Below, piece by piece: positions 8,238-19,630 of a stretch of DNA of 64,000 bases. Within the stretch, counting starts at the first letter, position 1. Each line of letters opens with the position of its first letter. The DNA comes from Myxococcota bacterium (GTDB taxonomy: Bacteria; Myxococcota_A; UBA9042; PHBI01; JAWLBL01): the NCBI GenBank assembly GCA_041687695.1, contig JAWLBL010000001.1, positions 1-64,000 on the forward strand, read 5' to 3'. The translations under genes and the position numbers were made by a program. Under the pieces are notes generated by a model, which worked only from the letters and a program-made list of their open reading frames with translations, ran no database searches and had not been told where the DNA came from.

Positions 8238-9524
8238 CTAGCTCCTACTCTCTGGAACCTCATCCCTCGGCTCAAGTGGTTCTTCCGTTTCGTCGTCACT
8301 TGGAACTGCTTCGGCCGAGTACTCGGCCAGGATTGCGGGGGGAGGGAGGTTCAACGGCGGGAGGGCTCGCTCAAGACCGCCAACACGGTCTTGCCATTCG
8401 CGTATCGCCTGGGCTGAGGCTAACGGAATGGAGAGACCTGAAGTTGCTCCCGTCAGGGCTTTGATTCCCGGGAAAGCCAATGAAGCGCTCAAGGCTTCTA
8501 TCGGACGGGTGATCTCGTCCATCGACCGTATGGCTTCCTGGACTCGACGGGCACCAGGAGACTCCAAGTACTGTGAGACCGCCGCCATCTTGGCGGCTAG
8601 CCCAGAGTCGAGTCCGGCTGAGAACATCCTCACCTTACGAGCGTTGGCTTCCCACCGCGCTTGCGCCCTAGACATACGTTCGGCACGTTCTAGCTGTCTC
8701 GCCACCAAGCCCAACTGAACCGAACCTTGATCGTGCAGTCTCTGTGGAGCCTCCGGCACGCGAGCCGCTTGGCTGGCTGGCTCCAACACCCTTCGAGCCA
8801 ATGCGAGTACATCGTCGAGAGTCTGAACGCGGTCGCGTCTCTCCAGCCGCGTCGTCTCCAGCACAAACTGGTTCCATGGTCCGTCAGGAGCCCTAGGGAT
8901 GTTTGGGGCCAGCTTCACACCCCGACACCATGCTACCACGCGACCCAACCCGAAGATGTCGGTCCGAACATCGGCGTCATGAGCATCGTCCCAGCACTCC
9001 GGCGCTGCGAACTGGTCGGTTCCGTACATCCCCCCTACAACGGTTAGCGCTGCTGTAGTCTGACCTGGTGCCTTCCTCGCGAGACCGAAGTCTGAAACGA
9101 CCCAGCGTCCCCGGCCGTCTTCTTCGATCCGAAGAACGTTTCCCGGCGTCACGTCTCGGTGCGCGCCGTGGACCGAGTGGAGGGCCTCTAGCGCGCTCAC
9201 GACGTGCTCTACCACCTCCAACAGTTCCGAGTCCGTGAGTCCTTGCCCGACATCATGAAGCGAATAGGCAGCCCACGGCATCGTGTACCACAGAGGCTGG
9301 TCGCCGCTTTCCTCATCGACATCTAGAACGGGGACGATGTTTGGATGCGACAGAGATCTCAGCACTTCGATCTCGCGTCGGAACCGTGCCTTCGTCTGGG
9401 TGCCCAGCTTCGACTTCTTGAACGCCACGGTTCGGCCAGAAGCCTTGTGAAGCCCTCGATAGATCCGTGCCTGGCCTCCGACAACGTACTCGCGGGACAG
9501 TCGGTAGTCCTTCCTCGTCCCCAC
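8238..9524 (-). CDS. Hanks-type Ser/Thr protein kinase
   Basis: GGQARIY, VAFK, FRREIE, HRDVTPGN, DFGLA, APE, DIFGLG motifs. GAGGAG RBS. Confidence 0.92.
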   Translation of the reverse strand: MGTRKDYRLSREYVVGGQARIYRGLHKASGRTVAFKKSKLGTQTKARFRREIEVLRSLSHPNIVPVLDVDEESGDQPLWYTMPWAAYSLHDVGQGLTDSELLEVVEHVVSALEALHSVHGAHRDVTPGNVLRIEEDGRGRWVVSDFGLARKAPGQTTAALTVVGGMYGTDQFAAPECWDDAHDADVRTDIFGLGRVVAWCRGVKLAPNIPRAPDGPWNQFVLETTRLERRDRVQTLDDVLALARRVLEPASQAARVPEAPQRLHDQGSVQLGLVARQLERAERMSRAQARWEANARKVRMFSAGLDSGLAAKMAAVSQYLESPGARRVQEAIRSMDEITRPIEALSASLAFPGIKALTGATSGLSIPLASAQAIREWQDRVGGLERALPPLNLPPPAILAEYSAEAVPSDDETEEPLEPRDEVPESRS

Positions 9525-9545
9525 CTTCGTACTCCTCAGCTTGGT

Positions 9546-10442
9546 TCAGCTACCGACAGGGGAGCCGGTGTTCGCGATGGTTATCGTGGAGGCTTTCCCG
9601 AGCATGTAGGACACGAAGCCTGAGCACAGCACGAGCATGAACTGGGCGTCGTGAAGGTCGGGGTCCAGCTCGCCCTTGCTCGTATGTCGGATTCCCGTGT
9701 CCGAAGTCCATCCGTAGAGCTGGCTCATGCCGCCCAGGAAAGCACCGTGGGCCGGGAACCTGTCCTTGAGGCGCTTGATAGCGTCGCCCATCGTCACGGA
9801 CGGGTCGCCGAGCACGATCCGGCAGACGCCTTCGACCGCGCTGATGGACTCCTTGATCGAATTCGTGAAGTCCGGGTTGTCCCGATCGCTCAGGAGCGCC
9901 AGGGCGTTCCGCAGATGCTTCCGAACCTCGGCGAACTGGTCGGTAGCGGCGAGGGCGCCCTCCACCGCTTCAACGTCGATCGGTGAGGTGATCGTCGTGA
10001 TCTCGCCATCGATGAAGCGGTAGCCGGCCAGGTTAGCTTCAAGGACCTCGTTGACCTTCGCCTCGAACCGTTCGCCTATCTCACGGCGAACTTGGGGTTT
10101 GAGGTCGGACTCGTCCATGAAAGCAGCCCTACAGACCTCAAGGAAGTCATAGACCTCGTTCCACGGCGCCGTTTTCAAGATCCAGGCGCTGATCGCCTTC
10201 GTTGCTTCCTCGGTCCAGGTTGGAAACCCGTTCATGGGCAGACGTGCGATCTCACACCACCACGCCTCGGTGATCCGCCTCCCCAGCTCATGCCCCTTGA
10301 GCATAGGTCGTTGAGGATAGAAGGCTTCCCGGACAATGAAGTTCCACAGATCAGTGCGAAGCCCGTGGTCCGCCTGCTTGATCTGCACGTCTAGAACCGG
10401 CGTCAAGCCTTGCCGCTCTGAGAACGTCCCCTTTAACGCCAT
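9546..10442 (-). CDS. AbiJ N-terminal-domain-like protein with HEPN-like C-terminus
   Basis: FSER.G, LR..LWN, WNEVYDFLE, YRFI.G.I, NSIKESISAVE, LYGWTSD.GIRH pattern. Confidence 0.75.
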   Translation of the reverse strand: MALKGTFSERQGLTPVLDVQIKQADHGLRTDLWNFIVREAFYPQRPMLKGHELGRRITEAWWCEIARLPMNGFPTWTEEATKAISAWILKTAPWNEVYDFLEVCRAAFMDESDLKPQVRREIGERFEAKVNEVLEANLAGYRFIDGEITTITSPIDVEAVEGALAATDQFAEVRKHLRNALALLSDRDNPDFTNSIKESISAVEGVCRIVLGDPSVTMGDAIKRLKDRFPAHGAFLGGMSQLYGWTSDTGIRHTSKGELDPDLHDAQFMLVLCSGFVSYMLGKASTITIANTGSPVGS

Positions 10443-10536
10443 CGCCGCACCCCTCTCCACCTGTTCAGGTGGATCTGAGCACAACCAGGCATCCCATCGC
10501 AACACCCCTGACCGCTTCGGCTCGGTCGCTCCGATG

Positions 10537-10565
10537 CAAGAAGGGGCGCCCGTGTGGACGCCCCT
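10537..10565 (-). terminator. Intrinsic terminator-like hairpin downstream of the acyl-CoA dehydrogenase gene
   Basis: Minus strand AGGGGCGTCC-ACAC-GGGCGCCCCT followed by TCTTG. Confidence 0.6.
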
Positions 10566-10583
10566 CCGATCCCGATCACTCGA

Positions 10584-10607
10584 CTACTGAGGACCCTACT
10601 GAGGACC
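10584..10607. repeat. Tandem 12-bp direct repeat at the prophage border
   Basis: CTACTGAGGACC x2, one base from the host stop codon. Confidence 0.9.
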
Positions 10608-10608
10608 C

Positions 10609-11751
10609 TCAGCCGCCCAGCAGGTGCCGGGCGATGATGAGGCGCTGGATCTGGCTGGTGCCCTCGTAGATCTGGAAGATCTTCGAGTCGCGCATGAGCT
10701 TTTCGACCGGGTACTCGGTGTTGAAGCCGTAGCCGCCGAAGACCTGCACGGCGTCGGTCGCGATGCGCATCGCCTCGTCGGCCGCGAAGCACTTGGCGAT
10801 GGCGGCCTCCTTGCTGTTGCGCTTGCCCTGGTCGATGAGCCAGGCGGCCTGCCAGCAGAGCAGGCGCGAGGCCTCGATGCTCTTGGCCATGTCGGCCAGC
10901 ATGAAGCTGATGGCCTGGAAGTTGGCGATGGGCTGCCCGAAGGCCTTGCGCTCCTTGGCGTAGGCGATGGCCTCGTCCATGGCGCGCCGCGCGACGCCGA
11001 CCGCCACCGACGCCACCACCGGGCGCGTGTGGTCGAAGGCCGCCATGGCCGCCTTGAAGCCCTGCCCGACGCCGCCGACGATGTTCTCCTCGGGGACGGC
11101 CACGTCCTCGAAGGTGATGCCGCGGGTGTCGGAGGCCCGCTGGCCCATGTTCTTCTCTTTCTTTCCGACCGTGACGCCGGGGGTGTCGCGCGGGACGACG
11201 AAGCCGGTCATGCCGCGGTGCCCCGCCGCCGGGTCGGTGTGGGCCAGCACGAAGTACCAGTTGGCCTTGGCCGCGTTGGTGATCCACATCTTCTGGCCGT
11301 TGATGACCCAGTGGTCACCCTTCTTGACGGCCGTCGTCCGGATGCCCGCCACGTCCGACCCGGCGCCCGGCTCGGTCACGGCGTACGAGGCCATCTGGAA
11401 CTCCTCGGTCATCGGCCCGAGGAAGCGCTTCTTCACGCTGTCCGACGCGGCGACGATGAGCGGCGCCTCGGCCAGGTTGTTCGCCTCCATCGCGGTCGTG
11501 ATGCCCGAGCACCCGTAGCCGCACTCCTCGCTGATGAGCACGCCCTCGAAGGTGCCGAGCCCCATCCCGCCGTAGGCCTCGGGGATGTGGACGTTCATCA
11601 GCCCGGCGTCCCAGGCCTTCTTGCAGATCTCGACCGGGAACTCGCCCGTCTCGTCGTGATGGGCGGCGTTCGGGGTGATCTCCTTCTTCGTGAAGTCCCG
11701 CGCCAGGTCGCGCAGCATCTGCTGCTCTTCGGTCAGGCTGAAATCCACCAT
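10609..11751 (-). CDS. Acyl-CoA dehydrogenase
   Basis: [33 protein letters not shown] motifs. Confidence 0.96.
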   Translation of the reverse strand: MVDFSLTEEQQMLRDLARDFTKKEITPNAAHHDETGEFPVEICKKAWDAGLMNVHIPEAYGGMGLGTFEGVLISEECGYGCSGITTAMEANNLAEAPLIVAASDSVKKRFLGPMTEEFQMASYAVTEPGAGSDVAGIRTTAVKKGDHWVINGQKMWITNAAKANWYFVLAHTDPAAGHRGMTGFVVPRDTPGVTVGKKEKNMGQRASDTRGITFEDVAVPEENIVGGVGQGFKAAMAAFDHTRPVVASVAVGVARRAMDEAIAYAKERKAFGQPIANFQAISFMLADMAKSIEASRLLCWQAAWLIDQGKRNSKEAAIAKCFAADEAMRIATDAVQVFGGYGFNTEYPVEKLMRDSKIFQIYEGTSQIQRLIIARHLLGG

Positions 11752-11905
11752 CGCAGTCGCTCCGTGCTCGGTTTCTTGGGCGGCCGCTTGCATAGCAGAG
11801 CACCGCCCGATCTCAAAGGCCCGCCGCCACCTTCGGCTCCGGCCTTCGAAACGCCGACGGCCGCGGAGAGGTCCCCCGCGGCCGCGTCACCGGTCCCGCC
11901 GAGCG

Positions 11906-12301
11906 CTACTTGAGCGCCTTGACGAACTTGCTGACCGCGTCGAGCTGCTCGGCCGACAGCTTCTTGCCGTAGGCCTTCATCTTGGTGTCCGCGATCCCGT
12001 CGCGCACGATCTCCAGCACCCGCTCGAAGCTGTGCCGCCCCTGCCAGTCGCTGGTGGTCATGTCGGGGATCTTGAACTTCTGCCCCATCTTGGTCTGGCC
12101 CTTGCCGTCCTCGCCGTGACACTTGGCGCACTGGTCGACGAACACCGCCTTGCCGTCGGCCGCGGGCGCCTCGGCCGGCTTCTCCGTGGCCGGGGCCGGC
12201 TTCTCGGGCGCCTCGTCCCCCGCGAACGCCGGCGCCGAGACCAGAGCCGCGCCCATCAGCGCCGCCGAAACCCAAGCTCCGATGCGAGTCGTCGTCCTCA
12301 T
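11906..12301 (-). CDS. Monoheme cytochrome c
   Basis: Signal peptide, CAKCH, distal Met (KMKAY). Confidence 0.92.
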   Translation of the reverse strand: MRTTTRIGAWVSAALMGAALVSAPAFAGDEAPEKPAPATEKPAEAPAADGKAVFVDQCAKCHGEDGKGQTKMGQKFKIPDMTTSDWQGRHSFERVLEIVRDGIADTKMKAYGKKLSAEQLDAVSKFVKALK

Positions 12302-12458
12302 CGCTGTCCTCCGTGCCGATCGTGATCCAGATCAAACGTGCGTCGCGGGCGAAGCATAGGGCGGCCGCCCCCACGGCGACAACCCCGAGCCAGCGCGAAC
12401 GGGGCGTCGACGCCCGCGCCGCGCCGCCTATTCAGAGGGCGTCGCGGCAAGGCCACTC

Positions 12459-12575
12459 GGAGTGCGCGAGCTTGCTCGCGCCCCAACGCCGGCGGCTTGC
12501 CGCCGGGAGTCTCGCCGCCGTCCGGGCGCAGCAAGCTGCGCCGAGTCGGGGCTCCAGCAAGCTGGAGCACTCCAA
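12459..12575. repeat. REP/REPIN-like four-hairpin element, copy 1
   Basis: GGAGTGC...GCACTCC ends enclosing four hairpins; homologous to 19394-19509. Confidence 0.85.
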
Positions 12576-12607
12576 GGCTGATGTCGGCGCGGTCCATTCG
12601 ACATCAC

Positions 12608-13681
12608 TCATTCACCCGGCTTGTCGGCCACCGGCAGCGCCGTCACCACCACCGCCCGCCCGTCCGGCAGCCGCAGCGCCGTCCCCGGCTCGGCCTGCTT
12701 GCGCTTCAGCACCGCCAGCGCCACCGGCGCCGCCCGCTCGGGCGTCCGCACCGCCGTCCCGACCACCCCCGCGTCCTTGCCCTCGGCCGTCGTCAGCGCC
12801 GTCCCCGGCGCCGGCAGCTCACCCTCGGGCAGCTCCAGCCCCCGCAGGTGCTTGTTGGGCCGCCCCCGGTAGTGGGTCATCGCGATGACCTCCTGCCCGA
12901 TGTAGCAGCCCTTGTCCCAGTTGACCGTCGCGTACAGCCACCCGCTCTCCAGCGGCGAGTTCGCCTCGCCGATGTCGACCCCGTCGGCCGGCACCCCCTC
13001 GACCACCCGCAGCGCCTCCCACGCCTCGAACCCGATCGGCGCCGCCCCGTGCTCGCGCAGCGCCTGCCAGGCCGCCGGCGCGTCCTGCCGGGCCGTCGTC
13101 ACGTCCCAGGCCACCCCGACCAGCCGCCGCGGGTTGCGCCGCACCCTCACCGCGACACCCCCCAGATGGGTGTCCTGCCAGTCGAAGTCCCGCGCGATCC
13201 CCGGCGGCCCCATCGCCGCCCCCAGCACCGCCTCGGCCTGCGGCCCGACCAGCGTCATCACCGTCCGGTCCGCCTCCACCGCGAACTTCACGTCGTCGGC
13301 CACCCGGAACCGCTCCAGCTGCCCCTTCACCGCCTCGACCCGGTCCCGCGCCAGCTCCATCACCAGCCGCTCGGGCTCGGCGTCCACCACCAGCTGCGCG
13401 ACCACCTTGCCGCCCCCGTCGACCACCATCCCGAAGGCGCCCTGCCCCGCCTCCAGCTTCTTCACCTCGCAGGTCGTCATGTTGTGCACGAACCGCGCCC
13501 GGTGCCGCCCGGTCGCCACCAGGTGCGCGACCCACCCCAGATCCACCAGCGCCGCCCCCTCGCGCGCCGCCGCGATCTCCTCGGCCAGCCCCTCGAAGCG
13601 CCTGGGCACCGCGACCCCGCGCACGTCCATCATCTCCACGCCCTCGGGCATCAGGTGCTTGGCCAGCGGCGTCTCGTCCAT
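12608..13681 (-). CDS. ygfZ: YgfZ/GcvT-family folate-binding protein
   Basis: KGCYIGQE signature. Confidence 0.88.
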   Translation of the reverse strand: MDETPLAKHLMPEGVEMMDVRGVAVPRRFEGLAEEIAAAREGAALVDLGWVAHLVATGRHRARFVHNMTTCEVKKLEAGQGAFGMVVDGGGKVVAQLVVDAEPERLVMELARDRVEAVKGQLERFRVADDVKFAVEADRTVMTLVGPQAEAVLGAAMGPPGIARDFDWQDTHLGGVAVRVRRNPRRLVGVAWDVTTARQDAPAAWQALREHGAAPIGFEAWEALRVVEGVPADGVDIGEANSPLESGWLYATVNWDKGCYIGQEVIAMTHYRGRPNKHLRGLELPEGELPAPGTALTTAEGKDAGVVGTAVRTPERAAPVALAVLKRKQAEPGTALRLPDGRAVVVTALPVADKPGE

Positions 13682-13760
13682 CGCTCCCTCCTCCTCCACC
13701 GTGCGTTCCGCCCCGTCCCGCGCTGGACCGCGGCCCGCGGGGCGACATACATTCCCGCCC

Positions 13761-14530
13761 ATGCCGCGCTACGTCTACTACACCTTCTATGGCAAGCATC
13801 GTTGGGGGCGGGTCGTCGACGACGGCTTCATCAACATCGAGGGCACCCCCTTCGACTTCGAGACCAAGGACCAGGGCAGCCCCATCCCCTGGGATCTCCC
13901 GGTCCTCGACCCGCCGGTGCGCCCCACCAAGATCGTCTGCATCGGCCGCAACTACCGCGATCACGCCGCCGAGCTGGGCAACGCCGTCCCGGCCGAGCCG
14001 TTGATGTTCCTGAAGCCCCCCAGCGCCCTCGTCGGCCACGAGGGCCCGATCAAGTACCCCACCGGACTGACCGAGCTGGTCCACCACGAGGGCGAGCTGG
14101 CCGTGGTCATCGGCCGCCGCACCCGCCGCGTGTCCGCCCAGGACGCCGCCGACCACATCCTCGGCTACACCCTGATGAACGACGTCACCGCCCGCGATCT
14201 GCAGCGCAAGGACGTCCAGTTCACCCGCGGCAAGGGCCTGGACACCTTCGCCCCCCTCGGCCCCTGGCTCGACACCGACTTCCGCCCGGCCGACCAGCGC
14301 CTGACCGTCACCGTCAACGGCCAGCTCCGCCAGGACGGTCGCCTGTCCGACATGATCTTCGACGTCCCCACCCTGGTCGCCTACGTCAGCCGCCACATGA
14401 CCTTGGAGCAGGGCGACGTCATCGCCACCGGCACCCCCGCCGGCGTCGGCCCGCTGCTCCCCGGCGACGTGGTCGAGGTCTCCTGCGAGGGCCTCGGCAC
14501 CTTGCGCAACACCGTCGTCGAGGACCCGCT

Positions 14531-14534
<4 letters not shown>
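13761..14534 (+). CDS. Fumarylacetoacetate hydrolase family protein
   Basis: KIVCIGRNY..H, EGEL.VVIG, NDVTARD, GD.I.TGTP motifs. Confidence 0.93.
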
Positions 14535-15505
<971 letters not shown>

Positions 15506-15507
15506 GC

Positions 15508-16716
15508 GTGGCCGGCTCCACCCACGCGCCCAGCCCGGCGCTGACCCACCGCCAGGTCCGCCGCCTGGGCCGCGCCCTGCCGCGCCGCCTGGTCCTCACC
15601 CGCGAGGGCAAGCTCTTCATCCTGCTGACCGTCGGCATCGGTTTCGCCGCCATCAACAGCGGCAACAACCTGCTGTACCTGGTCTTCGGCCTGCTGCTGT
15701 CGCTCATCCTGGTCAGCGGCCTCCTCAGCGAGGCCAACCTGCGCGGCCTCACCGCCCTGCGCCACCCCGCGCCCCAGCTCGAGGCGGGCACCCCGTCTCT
15801 CGCCGCGGTCACCCTCACCAACCCCAAGCGCCGCCTGCCCAGCTACGGCGTCGAGGTCCACGAGCTGCTGCCGGCCGAAGCCGCCGACGTGTGGGGCGCC
15901 AGGCAGCGCCGCGGCTACGTGCTGGTCCTGCCGCCCGGCGGCTCGCAGACCGCCTACGTGCGCCTGACCGCCGCCCGCCGCGGCGTCCTCACCAGCGCCG
16001 GCCTGCGCGTCAGCACCCGCTTCCCCTTCGGCCTGTTCGAGAAGAGCCGCTTCTTCCCGCTGCCCGCCCGCTTCACGGCCCTGCCGGCGGCACGCCCCTC
16101 GCCGCTCGACGCGGTGCGCCCCGCCGGGCACGGGCTCGAGGAGCACCTCGCCGGCGTCGGCTCGGGCGACGAGCTGCACGGGCTGCGCGACCACCGCGCC
16201 GGCGACGACGCCCGCACCATCGCCTGGAAGGTCTCGGCACGCCGCGACCGCCTGGTGGTGCGCGAGCACGAGCGCCCCGGTACCCGCAAGGTCGTGCTGG
16301 TCTTCGCCAACGTGGTCCCCGCCGACCTGCCCCCGGCCGCCGACGCCGCCGCCCGCGAGGCCCTCGAGGCCGCCATCACCCGGGTCGCCGGCCTGGCCAG
16401 CGCCTACCTCGAGGCGGGCTGGGCGGTCGGCCTGGCCACCTGCGACGGCGGCCTTTCGCCCGAAGCCGGCCGCGCCCTGCTGCCCCGGATCGGCGAGCTG
16501 CTCGCCCAGCTGCCGGTCCGCGCCGCCCCCCAAGGCGCCCAGCCGCCCCTGTGGGACGGGGCCAGCGACAGGGCCGCGGGCCCGGCCGGCCGACGCGCCG
16601 AGCGGGTCGCCGTGGTGACCACCGCCCAGCAGCGCGCGGGCCTCGCCCCGGCCGCCGACCGGGTCGTCGTCGCCGACGCCGACGACGCCGCCACGACCCG
16701 CGAGGCCGCCGCGTGA
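15508..16716 (+). CDS. DUF58 protein
   Basis: N-terminal TMs with GNNLLY, FPFGLF, LR...GDD.R.I.WK; follows moxR. Confidence 0.9.
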   Translation: MAGSTHAPSPALTHRQVRRLGRALPRRLVLTREGKLFILLTVGIGFAAINSGNNLLYLVFGLLLSLILVSGLLSEANLRGLTALRHPAPQLEAGTPSLAAVTLTNPKRRLPSYGVEVHELLPAEAADVWGARQRRGYVLVLPPGGSQTAYVRLTAARRGVLTSAGLRVSTRFPFGLFEKSRFFPLPARFTALPAARPSPLDAVRPAGHGLEEHLAGVGSGDELHGLRDHRAGDDARTIAWKVSARRDRLVVREHERPGTRKVVLVFANVVPADLPPAADAAAREALEAAITRVAGLASAYLEAGWAVGLATCDGGLSPEAGRALLPRIGELLAQLPVRAAPQGAQPPLWDGASDRAAGPAGRRAERVAVVTTAQQRAGLAPAADRVVVADADDAATTREAAA

Positions 16717-18950
16717 GCTTCGAGCGCCTGCAGAAGTGGATCACCTACGGGGTGGTCGTCTTCGGGCTCTTGCCCCTGGCGCTGTCGGGCGAGATCCCGC
16801 CGCCGGTCCTGGTGCTGTCCTTCGGCGCCGTGCTGGCCAGCTGGTTCTACACGCCGCCACGCCAGCGCGGCCCGACCAGCGTCCGCGCCTGGAACTTCGT
16901 CACCGTGGCCGCCTTCGCCGTCCTGGCGCTGCTGGGCCAGATGAGCGGCAACTGGCTGCTGTACGCCATCCTCTTCGCCCTGTTCATGGTCATCACGCGC
17001 CTTTACGCCGGCCGCGGCGCGCGTGACCTCTTCCAGCTCTACGCGCTCAGCTTCGTCGCCGTCATCGCGGGCGCCGTGGTCAACCCGGCGTTCTCGTTCA
17101 TCTTCACCTTCCTCGGCTACGTGGTCCTGCTGACCTGGGCGCTCATCCTGCTGCACCTGCAGCGGGATCTAGAGGCCCTGGCCGCCGACGACGACGCGCC
17201 GGGCGAGAGCCGCGCCGAGGCCGGCCGCGTCTGGCAGGCGCGCAGCATCGTCACGCCCCGCTTCCTGTTGGGCACCAGCGGCCTCGCCCTGGGCGTCTTC
17301 ACCTGCAGCCTGGCCATCTTCTTCTTCTTCCCGCGCCTGGGGATGGGCTTCTTCTTCGGCCAGGGCCGCCAGGGCCAGCAGGTCTCGGGCTTCGCCGACC
17401 AGATAGAGCTGGGCCACTTCGGCACCATCAAGGACAACCTGCGGGTCGTCATGCGGGTCGAGCTGCCCGACGAGCCCGACGGCCGCCAGCCCGGCGGGCT
17501 GCGCCTGCGGGGCATCTCCTTCGACCACTACGACGGCCGGGTCTGGTCCAAGACCACCCGGCGCTCGGCCGAGCTGCCCCGCGGCTTCAAGGGGACCTGG
17601 CGCGTCCCCACGGCCGAGCTGCCGCGGCCCTACGACCAGCGCCTGAAGACCAAGCGCCTGGTCCAGGACGTCTACCTCGAGCCGCTGGACATGGACCAGC
17701 GCATGATCTTCGGCGAGCCGCGCCTGGCCGAGCTGAGCATCGACAACCCCAACCTCGACCGCTTGAAGCGCGACCGCACCCGCTTCCTCCAGGACGCCGC
17801 CGGCGACGTCTCGACCGACGGACGCACCGACACCGCCCTCAAGTACCGGGTCGAGTCGCTCAAGGTCCTCCCCGAGGGCGCCGTCCTGGCCCCGGCCCCC
17901 CCATCGCGCGGAGCGCAGGCCGACGCCGAGATCCCCAAGCCCATCGCCGATCTGTACCTGCAGCTGCCCGACACCCTCGACCCTCGCGTCGCCCAGCTGG
18001 CGGCCGAGGTCACCCGTGACGCCAGGACCCCCTGGGACAAGGCGCGCGCCATCGAGCGCCACCTGAGCCGCCAGTACACCTACTCGACCGAGGGCGGCCA
18101 CAGCCGCGACGCCCCGCTCGAGGACTTCCTGTTCAACCTGCGCCGCGGCCACTGCGAGTACTTCGCCAGCGCGATGGTCATCCTGCTGCGCACCCAGGGC
18201 ATCCCGGCCCGCCCGGCCAACGGCTTCCTCGGCGGCGCCTGGAACGAGTTCGGCCGCTACTACGCCGTCCGCCAGGCCGACGCCCACTCGTGGGTAGAGG
18301 CCTACTTCCCGCCCTACGGCTGGATGACCTTCGACCCCACCCCGGCCGGCGCGGCCCTGGTCCCCGACCCCACCGGCGCCTTCGCGGCCATCGACGAGTG
18401 GTTCGATAGCCTGCGCCTGTCCTGGTACAAGTGGGTGGTCGAGTACAACCTCGAGAAGCAGCTCGACTTCTTCCGCGAGGTCGGCGAGCTGCTCTCGGGC
18501 CTGCTGCCCACCCCCACCGGCGGCTCCTCGACCAGCCCCAAGGCCTGGAAGCAGGGCGTCGAGGACTGGGCCAACCGCACCACCACCTGGGTCGCCTTCG
18601 GCGTGCCCCTCGCCCTCCTGCTGGCCTGGCGCCTGGGCCTGCTCGCCGCCCTCCGCCGCCGCTGGCTCCTGTGGCGTCTGGCTCGCCTCGCCCCCCGCCC
18701 CGGCGGCCCGGCCGGCGATCTGTACCGCCAAATGCTGCGCCTGCTCGACCGCCAGGGCGTCGGCCGCCTGCCCACCGAGACCCCCCGCGAGCTGGCCACC
18801 CGCCTGACCGCCGCCACCTACCCCGCCGCCCCCGCCGTCGCGACCCTCACCGCCGCCTACGAGCACGCCCGCTACGCCGAGACCTCGCCCCCCGACCTCT
18901 CGACGCTCACCCAGGCCCTCGAGACCATCCGCACCGTGCGCCTGCGCTGA
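16713..18950 (+). CDS. TgpA-like membrane transglutaminase-domain protein
   Basis: Multiple TMs, GHCEYFASA, AHSWVE, FDPTP. GTGA overlap. Confidence 0.92.
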   Translation: MSFERLQKWITYGVVVFGLLPLALSGEIPPPVLVLSFGAVLASWFYTPPRQRGPTSVRAWNFVTVAAFAVLALLGQMSGNWLLYAILFALFMVITRLYAGRGARDLFQLYALSFVAVIAGAVVNPAFSFIFTFLGYVVLLTWALILLHLQRDLEALAADDDAPGESRAEAGRVWQARSIVTPRFLLGTSGLALGVFTCSLAIFFFFPRLGMGFFFGQGRQGQQVSGFADQIELGHFGTIKDNLRVVMRVELPDEPDGRQPGGLRLRGISFDHYDGRVWSKTTRRSAELPRGFKGTWRVPTAELPRPYDQRLKTKRLVQDVYLEPLDMDQRMIFGEPRLAELSIDNPNLDRLKRDRTRFLQDAAGDVSTDGRTDTALKYRVESLKVLPEGAVLAPAPPSRGAQADAEIPKPIADLYLQLPDTLDPRVAQLAAEVTRDARTPWDKARAIERHLSRQYTYSTEGGHSRDAPLEDFLFNLRRGHCEYFASAMVILLRTQGIPARPANGFLGGAWNEFGRYYAVRQADAHSWVEAYFPPYGWMTFDPTPAGAALVPDPTGAFAAIDEWFDSLRLSWYKWVVEYNLEKQLDFFREVGELLSGLLPTPTGGSSTSPKAWKQGVEDWANRTTTWVAFGVPLALLLAWRLGLLAALRRRWLLWRLARLAPRPGGPAGDLYRQMLRLLDRQGVGRLPTETPRELATRLTAATYPAAPAVATLTAAYEHARYAETSPPDLSTLTQALETIRTVRLR

Positions 18951-19044
18951 CGTCGGCCGCCGCAGCCCTGCAACGCGAAGAGGGCCGGGCGCCGTAGCCA
19001 CGGGGCTCGCGCCGCCTCGTCGCCAGCGGACAGAGGTCGTGCCC

Positions 19045-19337
19045 GCCATGCCGGCGCTATGGGGTGCGCGGGTTCGGAGGAGGTGCGAACATCGCATAGC
19101 GCAGGCATGGCCTGCGCGGTCCACAGCCGCCTGCGGCGGCGGAACGACAGCCGGGCGCGTCGTTCGTCGTCGTGCCCCGCGCCGGCCGCGCCGGCGCTAT
19201 GGAGCGCGCCGGCCATGCCGGCGCTATGGAGTGCGCGCAGATGTAGAGGAGGTGCGAACATCGCACAGCGCAGGCATGGCCTGCGCGGTCCACAGCCGCC
19301 TGCGGCGGCGGAACGACAGCCGGGCGCGTCGTTCGTC
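19045..19337. repeat. Intergenic direct repeat (169-bp period) built from CAT/ATG-loop hairpins
   Basis: 19077-19168 matches 19246-19337 with one mismatch. Hairpins GCGCAGGC-ATG-GCCTGCGC and GCGCCGGC-CAT-GCCGGCGC. Confidence 0.9.
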
Positions 19338-19393
19338 CGATCGCAGGCGGCCGGCTGGAAGAGGGTGTCGTATTGATGCCGGCTGAGGCGGGC

Positions 19394-19509
19394 TTGGAGT
19401 GCTCCGGCTTGCCGGAGCCCCGGCCCCGGCGGCTTGCCGCCGGGATCTGGCCGCCAACTTGGCGCAGCAAGCTGCGCCGGATGGGGGCTCCACCAAGGTG
19501 GAGCACTCC
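19394..19509. repeat. REP/REPIN-like four-hairpin element, copy 2
   Basis: Same architecture as 12459-12575, with compensatory changes. Confidence 0.85.
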
Positions 19510-19603
19510 GGTGGGCCCTTCTGCGACACCCTCTGGAAGCCGGCGGTCCCTGGGGGCCGGAGCGAAGGCGCCTGCGGGGGCGGACGTCGAGGTTCGAAAC
19601 GAC

Positions 19604-19630
19604 GAGAGCCCGCCGGGTGGGCGGGCTCTC
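19604..19630 (-). terminator. Terminator-like hairpin
   Basis: GAGAGCCCGCC / GGCGGGCTCTC 11-bp stem just after the stop at 19654. Confidence 0.65.

Larger units (their letters stand above)
1..10608. mobile_element. Right-hand part of a prophage (contractile tail, Mu-like baseplate), probably integrated at the 3' end of the acyl-CoA dehydrogenase gene
   Basis: Baseplate gp46/gp47/gp48-like genes, tail fibre, amidase, MTase and lower-GC cargo. Composition visibly switches to host-like extreme GC at ~10609. Confidence 0.9.

Noticed and set aside
10443..10608. tRNA/tmRNA at the prophage border
   Set aside because: No cloverleaf or T-loop consensus could be seen.
19045..19509. Possible CRISPR array
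   Set aside because: Only two long units, no regular repeat-spacer pattern and no cas genes.
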